From: an uncultured Acidimicrobiia bacterium
Lineage (GTDB): Bacteria; Actinomycetota; Acidimicrobiia; Acidimicrobiales; JACDCH01
Length of the DNA stretch: 64,000 nt
Reading direction: 5' to 3'
Assembly: GCA_963840695.1 (NCBI GenBank)
Contig: CAWIZW010000012.1
Span: 154,424-218,423, forward strand
Under the pieces are notes generated by a model, which was not told where the DNA came from, did not search any database, and worked only from the letters and a program-made list of their open reading frames with translations. Positions 30,576-41,096 of this stretch are shown one piece after another. Made by a program: the position numbers and the translations under genes. Numbering within the stretch: position 1 is the stretch's first letter; the number at the start of each line of letters is the position of its first letter.

Positions 30576-31743
30576 GTCGGGTTGGCTTCGGTCCAGCGCT
30601 TGAGCAGGCCGCGGGCGATCACGATGCGCTGGATCTCGTTGGTGCCCTCGCCGATGATCATCAGCGGCGCGTCGCGGAAGTAGCGCTCGACCGGGAACTC
30701 CTTCGTGTAGCCGTAGCCGCCGTGGATCCGCATGGCCTCGGTGGCGAGCTCGAACGCCGTCTCCGAGCAGAACAGCTTCGCCATGCCGGCCTCGACGTCG
30801 GCCCGCTCGCCCGCCTCGAACTTCTCCGCCGCCGAGCGCACGAGCAGCCTGGAGGCCTCGAGCTTCGTGGCCATGTCGGCCAGCTTGAACTGGATCGCCT
30901 GGTGGTGGTGGATCGGGACGCCGAAGGTCTCGCGCTGGTGCACGTACCTCATGGACGCGTCGAACGCGGCACGGCGCGACGCCGACGGCACGGGCGGCGA
31001 TGTTGATGCGGCCCAGCTCGAGCGAGCCGAGGACGTAGTGGAGGCCCGTGGCCGAGACCGTCGTCGCCGCCGAGGACGTTGGCCGCCGGGACCTTGTGGT
31101 CGACGTAGGTCATCTCGACGGTCTCGAGGCCCTTGTAGCCGAGCTTGTCGATCGCGGCGGCTCGTGGCGATGCCCTCGAAGGCGGGGCCGGGCTCCTTCT
31201 CGACGATGAAGCAGGTGATGCCCTCTGGGGTCCTGGCGGCGAGCGCGACGATGGCGGCGCGCTCGCCGTTGGTGACCCACATCTTCGTGCCGTTGAGGCG
31301 GTACTCGTCGCCGTCGCGCTCGGCCTTGCACCGGATGGCCTGGGTGTCGCTGCCGGCGTCGGGCTCGGACAGCGAGAACGCGCCGCGGCGCTCGCCCGTG
31401 GCGAGGTCGGGGAGCCAGCGGGCCCGCTGGTCGTCGGTCCCGAAGCGCGTGATGAGGGTGGCGGCGATGGTGTGGGTGTTGAGCACGCCGGCGAGCGACA
31501 TCCAGCCGTACGACAGCTCCTCCATCAGCCGGGCGTAGGTGATGGTGTCGAGCCCCAGTCCGCCGTAGTCGCGGGATCGATGCGAGCGCCGAACAGCCCG
31601 AACGCCTTCATCTGCTCGACCCACGGCTCCGGGTACTCGTCGGCGTGCTCGTACTCCGACGCCTTGGGGATCACCTCCTTGGCGACCCAGTCGCGGATCG
31701 TCGCGACGAGCTCGTCGGCGAGCTCGGGATCGGTGGCGGCCAT
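30572..31743 (-). pseudogene. Acyl-CoA dehydrogenase, frameshifted
   Basis: Fragments are MAATDPELADELVATIRDWV, FSLSEPDAGSDTQAIRCKAERDGDEYRLNGTKMWVTNG and IHGGYGYTKEFPVERYFRDAPLMIIGEGTNEIQR. The stop overlaps the PhoD GTG as GTGA. Confidence 0.8.
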
Positions 31744-31759
31744 GACTCGACCGTACTTG

Positions 31760-33124
31760 TCAGTAGCGCTGCAGCTCGGGCCAGAGGTCGTCCCAGTCGA
31801 GGCGCTGGTCCCGGGCGACGAAGACGCCCCACCCGTCGTCGATCATCGGGAACGGCCCGAGCGTGGCCACGTGCTCGACGTCGGCCCAGAAGCGGTCGAC
31901 GTAGGCGCGGTCGGGCGCGACGACGATCGTGGTGTCGCTCCGGCCCGGCGGCAGCTCGGCCCAGTACCAGTACGTGAGGTGGGCGCTGATCGGCCGCAGG
32001 GCGGGCGACCACAGCTCGAGGGCGCCGGCCTCGCTGTAGGTCATGGTCAGGACGGTCGCGCCCGGGTGGGCGGCGGCGACGCGCTCGATCTCGGCGACGA
32101 CCTCGGGCCAGCCGAGCATCTCGCCCAGCTCGGGGTTCAGGCGGGCCAGGAACCCGGCGGTCGACCTCGGCGTCAGCGGCATCGAGAACGGTGCCATGAG
32201 GACGGCGAGGATGCCGATCGCGGCGAAGGTCGGTCCGGGCCGCCACGCCTCGGCGACGACGGCCCCGGCGCCGATGAGAGCCGGCAGCAGGACGCCGGCG
32301 TAGTACGGCTTGCCGCCGGTCGCCATCACCACGACCACGACGACGGCGAAGGCGACGACGAGCCACCGCTCGGGCGTGCGCACGAGACCGACGACTGCCA
32401 GCACCGCGGCGGGACCGGCGAACAGGAACTGGTACGGGAGCGTGAGCATCGCCTCGCCGTAGTCACGGATTCGAGCGGCGAAGGCGAACGCGGGCCAGTC
32501 ATGGCTCGCCTGCCACGCCAGGTTCGGGCTCCAGAGCAGGAGCGCGACGGCGGCGCCGGCGAGGACCCACGGGGTGAACAGGACGTCGCGCGAAGGGCTG
32601 AGGAGCAGGCCGGCCACGACGGCGAGCACGAGGTAGGTGACCGTCCACTTGTTGAGCAGCGCGACGCCGACGGCGGCGCCCACCGCGAGCCACAGCCACG
32701 GGTCGGCGCCGTGGACGAGCTTCACGACGAGGAGGGTGATCACCGCGCTAGGCGAGCACCTCGAACGTGACGGTGCCGAGGAAGTGACCGGTCGTCAGGA
32801 ACATCGGGCACACGGCGGCGGCGAGCGCGGCCAGCAGCTGGCCCCGCGAGCCGGCGCCGAGCTCCTTGGCGAGAAGCGCGGTGACGACGACGGTCGCGCC
32901 GTGGATCAGCGCCGGCGCCACCCGCAGGCCGACCTGGCTGGCGCCGAAGAGCAGCTCCTGGACACGGAACAGCGCAGGGGTGATCGGCGGGTGGTCGACG
33001 AACCCCCACGCCAGCCGGCGGCCGCAGGCGAGGTAGTAGAACTCGTCGCGGTGGAACCCCCACACGCCGGCGGTGGCGAGGTGGAAGGCCGCGGTGAGGC
33101 GCCGACGACGACCGCCGGCGTCAC
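31760..33124 (-). pseudogene. Glycosyltransferase family 39 / ArnT-like membrane glycosyltransferase, frameshifted
   Basis: WGFHRDEFYYLACGRRLAWGFVDHPPITPAL, followed by about 10 TM segments. There is a frame break with a stop at about 32745 and a probable one near 33095. The N-terminal assignment is uncertain. Confidence 0.55.
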
Positions 33125-33816
33125 CCCTCGACCACCAACGCCGAGGCGATCATGTGCAGCACGGTGTTCCGAGCGACGTCGTCGTCGATGCGGGCGCCGT
33201 CGTGGTCGCCGAAGCGGTGCATGGCGAACCAGGCGATGGTCTCCAGGACGAAGCGGGCGGCGACGGCGGCGTCGGGCACGGGACGGAAGTGGCCGCTCTT
33301 GACCCGCCGGCTGATGTAGCGCGCCAGGTCGTCGATGAACGGTGCCCGACCCTTCTCGTAGAAGAGCTCGGCGATGGCCGGCCGGTCGAGCGCCGACCGC
33401 TCGACGATGCGGATCAGGCGGCGGTACCGGAACAGCCAGTCGTAGTGCTCGCCGACGATCGCATCGAGCTCCGCCCGCACATCACGCGGCGAGCGCCGAC
33501 CGGCGAGCGCCGCCGCCAGCGCCGGCCGGCCTGACGTGCTCGCCAGGGCGGTCTGCAGCTCCGTCTCGACCGTGGCGCTCGGCGATGCCTTCGCCGGGAG
33601 GTCGCTCTCGTCGACCGGCGTTCCCACCTCGCGCAGGAGGACGAGGTGGAAGAGGGCCTCCTTGCTCTCGGCGTACTGGTAGAGGAGACCGGGCGAGATC
33701 CCGGCGACCGTCGCGATGTCGGCCATCCGGGCCCGCTGGAAGCCCACCTGCTGGAAGATCTCGACCGCGGCGTCGAGGATCTCGCCGACCCGTCCGGGCG
33801 GTCGCGTGCGAACCAT
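33121..33816 (-). CDS. TetR/AcrR family transcriptional regulator (TetR-3)
   Basis: The ORF is an intact 231 aa. The HTH is ARMADIATVAGISPGLLYQYAESKEALF. Confidence 0.85.
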   Translation of the reverse strand: MVRTRPPGRVGEILDAAVEIFQQVGFQRARMADIATVAGISPGLLYQYAESKEALFHLVLLREVGTPVDESDLPAKASPSATVETELQTALASTSGRPALAAALAGRRSPRDVRAELDAIVGEHYDWLFRYRRLIRIVERSALDRPAIAELFYEKGRAPFIDDLARYISRRVKSGHFRPVPDAAVAARFVLETIAWFAMHRFGDHDGARIDDDVARNTVLHMIASALVVEG

Positions 33817-33850
33817 GAGCGCATCATAAATGAATGACTCATTCAGTCAA
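33817..33850 (-). promoter_or_regulatory. Near-consensus promoter with an embedded palindromic operator for TetR-3
   Basis: On the minus strand the sequence reads TTGACT, 16 nt, TATGAT, 6 nt, ATG 33816. The spacer is occupied by the perfect palindrome TGAATGAgTCATTCA (plus-strand 33831-33845). This is the most AT-rich spot in the window. Confidence 0.6.
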
Positions 33851-34301
33851 GGTGAGATGGCGGAGATGCCCGGCCGGCCGGAACCCGTGTCGTTCGTAGA
33901 ACCTGACCGAGCGCTCGGTCGGGTTCAGGACGAGCTGGGTGAGGCCGCCAGCGCGCCTCGCGGATCAGAGCAGCCATGAGGGCGCCGCCCACGCCGGTAC
34001 CGCGGCGCTCGGACACGACGAAGAACTGGTGCACGTAGCCCCACTCGCTCGGCGGCCGCCGGGCCTCGGCATGCGGCGCATCACGACGAGGCTCACCATG
34101 CCGACGGCCGATCCGGCGTCCTCGGCGACGTACGAGCGCCGGTGACCCACCTCGGCGGCGAGCCAGTCGTCGAACCGCGCCTCGAGGTCGGGTCGTCGAT
34201 CGCCTGACCAGCGTCCTCCTCGGTCCACGTGCGGCGCAGCGCCCGGAGGACGGCGACGTCGCCGGGGTCGTCAGATCAGCGGCACGGACCGAGACCGGCA
34301 T
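33839..34301 (-). pseudogene. GNAT family N-acetyltransferase, multiply frameshifted
   Basis: Fragments are MPVSVRAADLT, PDLEARFDDWLAAEVGHRRSYVAEDAGSAVGMVSLVVM, EWGYVHQFFVVSERRGTGVGGALMAALIREA and LVLNPTERSVRFYERHGFRPAG, in alternating frames. Confidence 0.6.
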
Positions 34302-35790
34302 CGGTGCACGGTACCGGTGGGGGTCAGGCGGGCGAGGTTCACGCCGTTGCCGCCGTCGACGAGCTCGACCCGGCGGCCGACCCACTCCTCGGCCTCCAGG
34401 GCCGCCAGCAGATCGGGGTCGCGCACCTTGGCGTAGCAGCGCGGGCCGGCCGGGCCGTCGATGTCGCACACGAGCAGGCCGTCGGTGACGGCGCCGTCGC
34501 GACCGTGGTGCACCGTGTAGGTGGCGACCGTGGCCGGGCCGTGGTGCGCGTCGACGATCGGCCGGAGCACCGCGGGGCCGGGATCGGGCGGCGGCGGCCG
34601 TAGCTCGCCCGCGCCGGGATCGGTCGACCACACCGTCGAGCTGTGCTTGGTGAGGTGCATCCCGACGCCGGTCACCATCCCGAGGGCGCCCGGGTCGCCG
34701 ACCAGCCGGTCGGCCATCGCCGCCGTCGCCATCACGCAGGTAGCACGAGCCGGCGCCGCCGTAGTACGGCAGCCCGCCGGTGACGGTGAACGGCGCCCGC
34801 TCGTCGCCGGGCGCCAGCCCGAGGGCGTCGAGGGCGAGGTGCACCGACGACGGGAAGCACGAGTACAGGTCGACCACGGCGACGTCGTCGACGCCGGCGC
34901 CGGCCGCCGCCAGCGCCGTCGCGTGCACCCAGGCCATCGCCGGCGACCGCCACGGCTCGTCGTGCTCGGCGACGTACACGGGGTCGGTGGCGTAGGCCCA
35001 ACCGCGCAGGTGCACCCGCCGGTCGTCCGGCACGCCCAGGGCGTCGGCGGCCGCCGCCGACGCCAGCACGAGCGCCCCGGCGATGTCGACGTCCATCACC
35101 GACATGAGCCGCTTCGTGTACGGGTAGGCGACCATCCGGTTCTCGGGCGTCGGCGTCGGCGAGCTCCTGCGGCGTGCGCTCGATCGCGGAACCAGGCGTG
35201 CGGGTTCGCCGCCGCCACCTCGGTCATCGGCGCGAACAGGTCGCCGAGCCCGCGCCGGTACGCCTCGACGCCGACGCCGACGGTGCGCCCGCCGGGCGAC
35301 GTCCCAGAGGGCGAAGGTCGTGTAGGCCTGGAACACCTCGTGGGCGATCTCGGCAGGGTGGAACGGCGCCTCGAACGGGAACGGCTTGCGCTCGGGGTCC
35401 CGGTGCGACCACGCCGGCCGCTCCCCCGCCTTCTTCAGCCGCCGCACGGTGTCGAGGGCCTCGCCCCCGGCGACGACGCACACGTCGGCGTCGCCGGCGG
35501 CGATGCGGCTCGGCGGCCTCGCCGAGCAGGAGCTGCGGCGTCGTGCCGCCGATGCCCGAGTAGGCGAGCGCGCCGCGGCGAAGCGCCGACGGCCGCCCGC
35601 CAGCCGCCCGGCGGGGTCGTCGTAGGGCCAGCTCTGGCAGTAGACGACGTCGAGGGAGTCGACCCGTTCGGGCGGGACCTTCGCCGAGCGCCTCCCGGAC
35701 GGCGTCGGCCCACGCCTCGAGCGGCTCGCCCGGGTGCCGGCTGACCTGCGACCACCCGATCAGGCACGGCGGCCGGTCGCCGGGCCTCAC
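34271..35790 (-). pseudogene. Thiolase-like acetyl-CoA acetyltransferase family protein, multiply frameshifted
   Basis: Fragments are PCLIGWSQVSRHPGEPLEAWADAVREAL, VCVVAGGEALDTVRRLKKAGERPAWSH, VDLYSCFPSSVHLALDALGL, FTVTGGLPYYGGAGSCY and VTGVGMHLTKHSSTVWS. Confidence 0.65.
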
Positions 35791-35797
35791 CGGCTCC

Positions 35798-36610
35798 TCA
35801 CCGGTTCTTCCACTCCGGCGGTCGCTTCTCGGCGAAGGCCTTCGGGCCCTCCTTGGCGTCCTCGGAGGCGAACACGACCTGGGACAGCTCCTGCTCGATC
35901 GTGTACGCCTCCCGCAGCGTGACCGACAGGCCGCGGATCACGGACTCCTTCGTGGCCCGCACGGCGAGCGGGCCCGTTGGCGAGGATGCGCCCGGCCCAC
36001 TCGAAGGCCCGGTCCATGAGCTCGCTCGGGCTCGACGATCTCGTTGAGCAGCCCGAGCGCCAGGGCCCGCTCGGCCGGGAACGGCCTCGGCGGTGAGCAG
36101 GAACTCCATGGCCGCCGGGAACGGGATCTGGCGGGGCAGCCGCGCCGTCGTGCCGCCGCCGGCGAACAGCCCCCGCTTGGGCTCCATCACGCCGAACGTC
36201 GCGCGCGGCGTCGCCAGGCGGATGTCGATGCCGCCGAGCATCTCCATGCCGCCGGCGACGCAGGGGCCGTCGATGGCGGCGATGATCGGCTTGTACAGCT
36301 TCGACGTTGCGCAGCACCGCTTCGGTGCCGTCGCTGAGGCGGCAGCCGTCGATCTCCTCGACCTCGCCGCTGCCGATCTCGGCGGCCAGCTTCGTGATCT
36401 GCGGGATGTAGTCCTTCAGGTCGGCGCCCGACATGAAGCAGCCGTCGACGCCGGTGACGATCGCGACCCAGAGGTCGTCGTCGTCACGGAAGTCGCGCCA
36501 CGCCTTGGCCAGGTCGCGGAAGTCGTGGAGGTCGAGGGAGTTCTTGCGCTCCGGTCGGTCGATGGTGACGACCACCACGTGGTCGTGACGGGCGTCGTAG
36601 TGGATCGGCA
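35798..36610 (-). pseudogene. Enoyl-CoA hydratase/isomerase (crotonase) family protein, frameshifted
   Basis: Fragments are VVVVTIDRPERKNSL, VAIVTGVDGCFMSGADL, CVAGGMEMLGGIDIRLA and the tail EDAKEGPKAFAEKRPPEWKNR. Confidence 0.75.
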
Positions 36611-36699
36611 TCAGCGGTGCTCCATCGACAACTTTGGCGGTCGGACCCGGACTCGCCGCGCCCACCCCGGGCCCGACCGCCGCGGAACGCGCCGGCGGG

Positions 36700-37131
36700 T
36701 CAGCCCCGACTGGGCAGCGCGGCGCTGGCAGAACCCGCCACCTTGACCTCACCGTCGGCGTTGGCCAGGGCGATGTCGAGGTCGACGAGGTTCTCGCCCT
36801 CCTCCTTGCGCTTGCCGGTGACGGTGATCGAGGAGACCAGGGTCTCGCCCGGCCACGTCTGCTTCGTGAACCGGACCTTGAACGTCTTGAGGTTGCCGAT
36901 GCCGACCCAGTCGGTGACGGACCGGCCGAGCAGGCCCATCGAGAACATGCCGTGGCCGAACACCGAGGGCAGGCCGGCCGCCCTGGCCTTCTCGTCGTCG
37001 TGGTGCATGGGGTTGAAGTCCCCCGAGGCCCCCGCGTACTTCACGAGGTCGGTGCGCGACAGCACATGGCGCACCTCGGGGGCGGTGTCGCCCTCGCTCA
37101 CATCCTCGAAGAACAGCTTCTCCTCGGCCAC
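36700..37131 (-). CDS. MaoC-like (R-specific enoyl-CoA) hydratase, hotdog fold
   Basis: The gene is intact from GTG 37131, which is preceded by GGGGGAG. The key segment is YAGASGDFNPMHHDDEKARAAGLPSVFGHGM. Confidence 0.8.
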   Translation of the reverse strand: MAEEKLFFEDVSEGDTAPEVRHVLSRTDLVKYAGASGDFNPMHHDDEKARAAGLPSVFGHGMFSMGLLGRSVTDWVGIGNLKTFKVRFTKQTWPGETLVSSITVTGKRKEEGENLVDLDIALANADGEVKVAGSASAALPSRG

Positions 37132-37177
37132 CGGGCTCCCCCTGCGCTCTGTGCGAAAGGTGTGTGTGTCGCGTTTC

Positions 37178-37193
37178 CTGACGATCGTGTCAC
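37178..37193. promoter_or_regulatory. Palindromic operator-like site 9, degenerate (CTGACGatcgTGTCAC)
   Basis: It lies in the divergent gap between the MaoC operon (-) and the kinase-UbiA operon (+). The TGAC-N6-GTCA core is kept, one arm has a mismatch, and the flank is TTC. Confidence 0.45.
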
Positions 37194-37242
37194 ATTCGCG
37201 GCGGGTGGGGCGACCCCCAGGCCCGGGTGGGGGCCGGCCCGG

Positions 37243-37851
37243 ATGCCGCCCGCGGCAGGGGTCGGCGATGGTGGACCCATGGCACCGACCCTGCTCGTCA
37301 TCGGGCCCTCCGCCAGCGGGAAGTCGACGATCGTCGACGCCCTCGCCCGCAGGGGCCTGCTCACCGTCGTCCCGACCTGGACGACCCGACCCCGCCGCGC
37401 CGACGAGGGCGACGGGTCGGTGAACCACCGCTTCGTGTCCGACGTCGAGTTCGACGAGCTCGAGGCGACCGGAGCCTTCCTCGGCACCGTGTCGCTGTTC
37501 GGACTACCGCACCGGTACGCGCTCCCGCGGCTCGACCCGCCGAGCGACGGGCGGGTGCGGACGATCCTCGCCCGGGCCCACCTGCTGCCGGCGCTCGTCC
37601 CGCACGTCGGCGACCACGTGACCTACCAGATCGAGCGGCCGCTCCGGCTCTCGGTGGCCGCCCTGACCTGCCGGGCGTCGAACGGGTGCGAGCTGCACGC
37701 CCGCCTCCGCCACCTCGCCGAGGAGCGCGAGCTCGGGCGCTGCGTCGCCGACCGGGTGTTCCGCAACGAGGGCCCGGTCGAGCACACCGTCGAGGCGGTC
37801 GCGGAGGCGCTCGTCGCCGACGTGGCCCCGACCGTCGAGGTCGTGGCGTGA
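37243..37851 (+). CDS. Guanylate-kinase-like P-loop kinase
   Basis: The gene is intact. The P-loop is IGPSASGKST, followed by TWTTRPRRADEGDGSVNHRFVSDVEFDELEATGAFLG (the Gmk-type TTRxxR...E..G pattern). An alternative start is ATG 37279. Confidence 0.6.
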   Translation: MPPAAGVGDGGPMAPTLLVIGPSASGKSTIVDALARRGLLTVVPTWTTRPRRADEGDGSVNHRFVSDVEFDELEATGAFLGTVSLFGLPHRYALPRLDPPSDGRVRTILARAHLLPALVPHVGDHVTYQIERPLRLSVAALTCRASNGCELHARLRHLAEERELGRCVADRVFRNEGPVEHTVEAVAEALVADVAPTVEVVA

Positions 37852-37973
37852 GGCGCGTGCTGGTCGGGATCGCCGCCGCGCTCGGTGCCGCGCTGGCGGT
37901 GATCGGCCTGTTCGCCGTCGGCTACTTCGTCGTGCTGGCGATCGCCCTCTCGCAGTGGGGCGGCAGCAAGTGA
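37848..37973 (+). CDS. Possible 41-aa single-pass membrane peptide
   Basis: The peptide is [41 protein letters not shown]. It has GTGA overlaps with both the upstream stop and the downstream start. There is no homology evidence. Confidence 0.35.
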   Translation: MRRVLVGIAAALGAALAVIGLFAVGYFVVLAIALSQWGGSK

Positions 37974-39013
37974 GCGCGGCCCGACGCCGCCCCTTCTCGT
38001 TCGCGGTGGCCATGGCCCGGCCGGCTGCTGCGGGAGTCGCCCTGCTGTTCGCGGCGGTCGGCAGTGCCGCCGCCGGATCCGGCGGCGCGCTGCTCCCGTT
38101 GTTCACGACGGTGCTCGTGATCGTCGGCTCCTGGTTCGCCGCCCTGGTCTGCGTGAACGACCTCGGCGACGAAGCCATCGACCGGGTCAACCTGCCCGGC
38201 GACGCCAACCGACCCCTCGTCACCGGCGCGGCATCCCGGCGGCAGGTGACGGCCATCGGTGCCGGTGCCGCCGCCCTCGCGCTCGGTGTCGCGTGGATCG
38301 AGGGCCCGATCGTCGCCGCCGTCGTCGCCGCCGGGCTCGCGCTCGGCGCCGCCTACTCACTGCCGCCGTTCCGGCTGTGCGGGCGAGGCCTCGTCGCCGC
38401 CGCCGTGCTGCCGGCCGGCTACGTCGCGGTCCCCTTCCTCGTCGGCGCCCTGAGCACCGACGCCACACCCCGCGGGACGGCGTTCGCCGTCCTGCCCGGG
38501 CTCTACCTCGTGTTCATGGGCCGCATCCTGTTGAAGGACTTCCGCGACGTCGAGGGCGACGCCCTCTTCGGCAAGCGGACCTTCCTCGTCCGCTACGGCC
38601 GGCGCGCCACCTGCTGGTTCAGCGCCGGGTGCTGGTGCGTGGGCGCCGTCGCCGTCGCGGCTGCCGTCCCGCAGCGCGCCGTCCTCGTCGTGCCGATCGC
38701 GGCGCTGCTGGCGTCGGTGCTCCACGGGCTGTCGGCGCTCGCCGCGGACGCAGGCCGCACCGAGGACGACGCCGCCATCGCCGCCATCGCCCAGACCGGG
38801 CGGGGGCTCGGTGTCCTGCTGCTCGCCCACCTCACGATGCTCGAGCAGGGCTGGGGCGCTGGTGGCCGGATCGGCGTGACCGTCGCGCTGACCTTGGTGT
38901 TCGTCGCTGGCTACGCCGACGTCGCCATCGCCAGGTCGGCGAGCCGGTCATGGTGGTGGTCGGCCGTGCCGAGCAGGTGCTCCGCGGCGAGCGCCCGCCT
39001 CAGCCACAGGTGA
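37955..39013 (+). CDS. UbiA-family prenyltransferase
   Basis: The frame is intact with about 8 TM segments. The Asp-rich motifs are NDLGDEAID and KDFRDVEGD. The start is GTG 37955 or GTG 37970. The 3' end overlaps the convergent ACAD-like gene by about 100 bp. Confidence 0.7.
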   Translation: MGRQQVSAARRRPFSFAVAMARPAAAGVALLFAAVGSAAAGSGGALLPLFTTVLVIVGSWFAALVCVNDLGDEAIDRVNLPGDANRPLVTGAASRRQVTAIGAGAAALALGVAWIEGPIVAAVVAAGLALGAAYSLPPFRLCGRGLVAAAVLPAGYVAVPFLVGALSTDATPRGTAFAVLPGLYLVFMGRILLKDFRDVEGDALFGKRTFLVRYGRRATCWFSAGCWCVGAVAVAAAVPQRAVLVVPIAALLASVLHGLSALAADAGRTEDDAAIAAIAQTGRGLGVLLLAHLTMLEQGWGAGGRIGVTVALTLVFVAGYADVAIARSASRSWWWSAVPSRCSAASARLSHR

Positions 39014-39916
39014 AGGTCGTGCTCCCACGTGTAGCCGATGCCGCCGTGCACCTGGATCGACGTCCGCACCGCGTGCGCGGCGGCTTCGGAGGCGGCGGCC
39101 TTGGCGACATGCGGCGCCCGCGTCGCGTCCCGAACCGGCAGCGTCGGGATCGTCGAGGCACATGGCCGCCCACTGCACCCCGGCCCACGCCCGTTCGACG
39201 TCGAGGGCGAGGTCGGCGAGCAGGTGCTGCACCGCCTGGAAGGAGCCGATGGGCTTGTCGAACTGGATGCGCTCGCCGGCGTAGGCGACCGCCATGTCGA
39301 GCATGGCCCGGGCCGTGCCGCACAGCTCGGCGGCGAGCACGACCGTGCCCCGCTGCAGGATCGACGCCAGCGTCGCGGCGGGCACGGCCGCAACGGGTCC
39401 GTCGCCACCGGTCAGCTCCCATGCCGTGCGGCTGAGGTCGAGCCACGTGGTGCGCCGCCCGGCCCCGGCGGCGACGACGGCGATGCCCTCGGGGAGCGCG
39501 ACGACGACGTCGTCGGCCAGGTCGAGCTCGAGCACGAACGTGCGCTCCGGCTCCGAGCTCGGCGGCACCGCCCAGTCCCCCTGGGCGCCGGCCCAGGCGA
39601 CCGTCGCCGCCCGCTCCCCCGCGGCGACGGCGTCGGCCAGCTCGTGCCCGGCGGCCCGCAGCAGCGGTAGCGCCAGCGCCGAGGCGACGAACCACGTCCC
39701 GGGCGCGCAGCTCCGCCCGACCCGCTCGGCGACGAGCACGTGGTCGGTGACCGGGCCGTCGCCCACCGCGACGAAGTCGGCCAGTGGGGCCAGACGGGCG
39801 GCGTCGCGATCGCCCTCGGCGACGGCCCGGACGAGAGCAGGGGGGCAGGCGCCGTCGAGCAACGCCGACACCGAGTCGACGAGGAACCGTTGATCGTCGG
39901 TGAGGGTGAAGTCCAT
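38911..39916 (-). pseudogene. Acyl-CoA dehydrogenase-like protein (short, partner-subunit type), one frameshift near 39130
   Basis: [20 protein letters not shown] and [22 protein letters not shown] are in one frame. The tail [28 protein letters not shown] is in another. Confidence 0.7.
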
Positions 39917-39919
39917 CGC

Positions 39920-41096
39920 CTACGACCGCGGCAGACCGAGGATGCGGGTGGCGATGATGTTGCGCTGGATCTGGCTGGTGCCGCCGGCGATGGTCGAGGC
40001 GAAGCTGACGAAGTAGCTGTGGGCCCAGCGCCCGCCCTCCTCGCCCCGCTCGGGATCGACGACCGCGCCCCACGGACCCTGCAGCTGCATGCCGAGCTCG
40101 AACAGCTCCTTGCCCAGCTCCGACGACGCCAGCTTCAGGTAGCTGTGCTGCGGCGCCGAGCCGCCCTGGGCGAAACCGGCGAAGCCCTGGTAGCCGAGGG
40201 CCCGCAGCGAGGCGACGCGCTGCGTGGCGCGGGCGAGGGTCCGTCGCACGCCGGCGTCGTCGAGCAGGCCGCGACGTCGGGCCAGCGCCCACAGGTCGTC
40301 GACCGCGACCTGGGCCCGGGCCACGCCCTCGAGCCAGAGCCCGCCCCGCTCGTGGGCCAGCGAGCCGGTCGTGATCCGCCAGCCGTCGTTCTCGGCGCCG
40401 ACGCGGTTGGCCACCGGGACCTCGACGTCGGTGAGGAACACCTCGGCGAAGTCGGCGCCGCCGGTGATGTGGCGCAGCGGCCGCACCTCGATGCCCGGGC
40501 GTGTCCATGTCGACCATGAGCGCCGAGATCCCCTTGTGCTTCGGCACGGTCGGGTCGGTGCGGACGTACAGGAAGCAGCGATCGGCGAACGACGCGTACG
40601 ACGTCCACACCTTCTGGCCGTTCACGACGTACACGTCGCCGTGGCGCTCGGCGCGGGTCGAGAGCGCGGCGAGGTCGGAGCCGGCGCCCGGGCTCGCTCA
40701 TCCCGACGCACCAGACGGTGTCGCCGCGGATGGCGTCGGCGGCGAGGGCCTTCTGGGCCTCGTCGCCGTACTCGAGGAGCGACGGTCCGACGATGGCGTA
40801 GCCGCCGAAGTGGAGGCTCCGCGGCACCCCTCGGCGCGCAGAGCTCCTCGAGGTAGACCATCGTCTGGGTCGGCGTGGCGTCGCGGCCGCCGAGCTCGGG
40901 TGGGTAGCCGGGCACCATCCAGCCGCTGTCGAAGAGCTTCGCCTGCCACCGGCGGGCCCACTCGGGCACGCCGTCGGTCACCTGGCCCTCGCTGAAGTCG
41001 CGCCGGACCTTCGCCTCGGGCGGGCGTGTGCTCGTCGAGGAAGGCGACGAGCTCGTCGCGGAAGGCCTCGTCGGCCGCCGACCAACCCAGCTTCAT
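39920..41096 (-). pseudogene. Acyl-CoA dehydrogenase, multiply frameshifted
   Basis: Fragments are [87 protein letters not shown] and [23 protein letters not shown]. Confidence 0.75.

Noticed and set aside
33899-33924. An operator-like palindrome AACCTGACCGAGC/GCTCGGTCGGGTT inside the GNAT coding sequence.
   Set aside because: It shares the AACCTGAC arm, but the core spacing is TGAC-N10-GTCG rather than TGAC-N6-GTCA, one arm is mismatched, and it lies within a conserved GNAT motif (LNPTERSVRFYERHGF). It is probably coincidental, although an internal site upstream of the TetR-3 promoter cannot be excluded.
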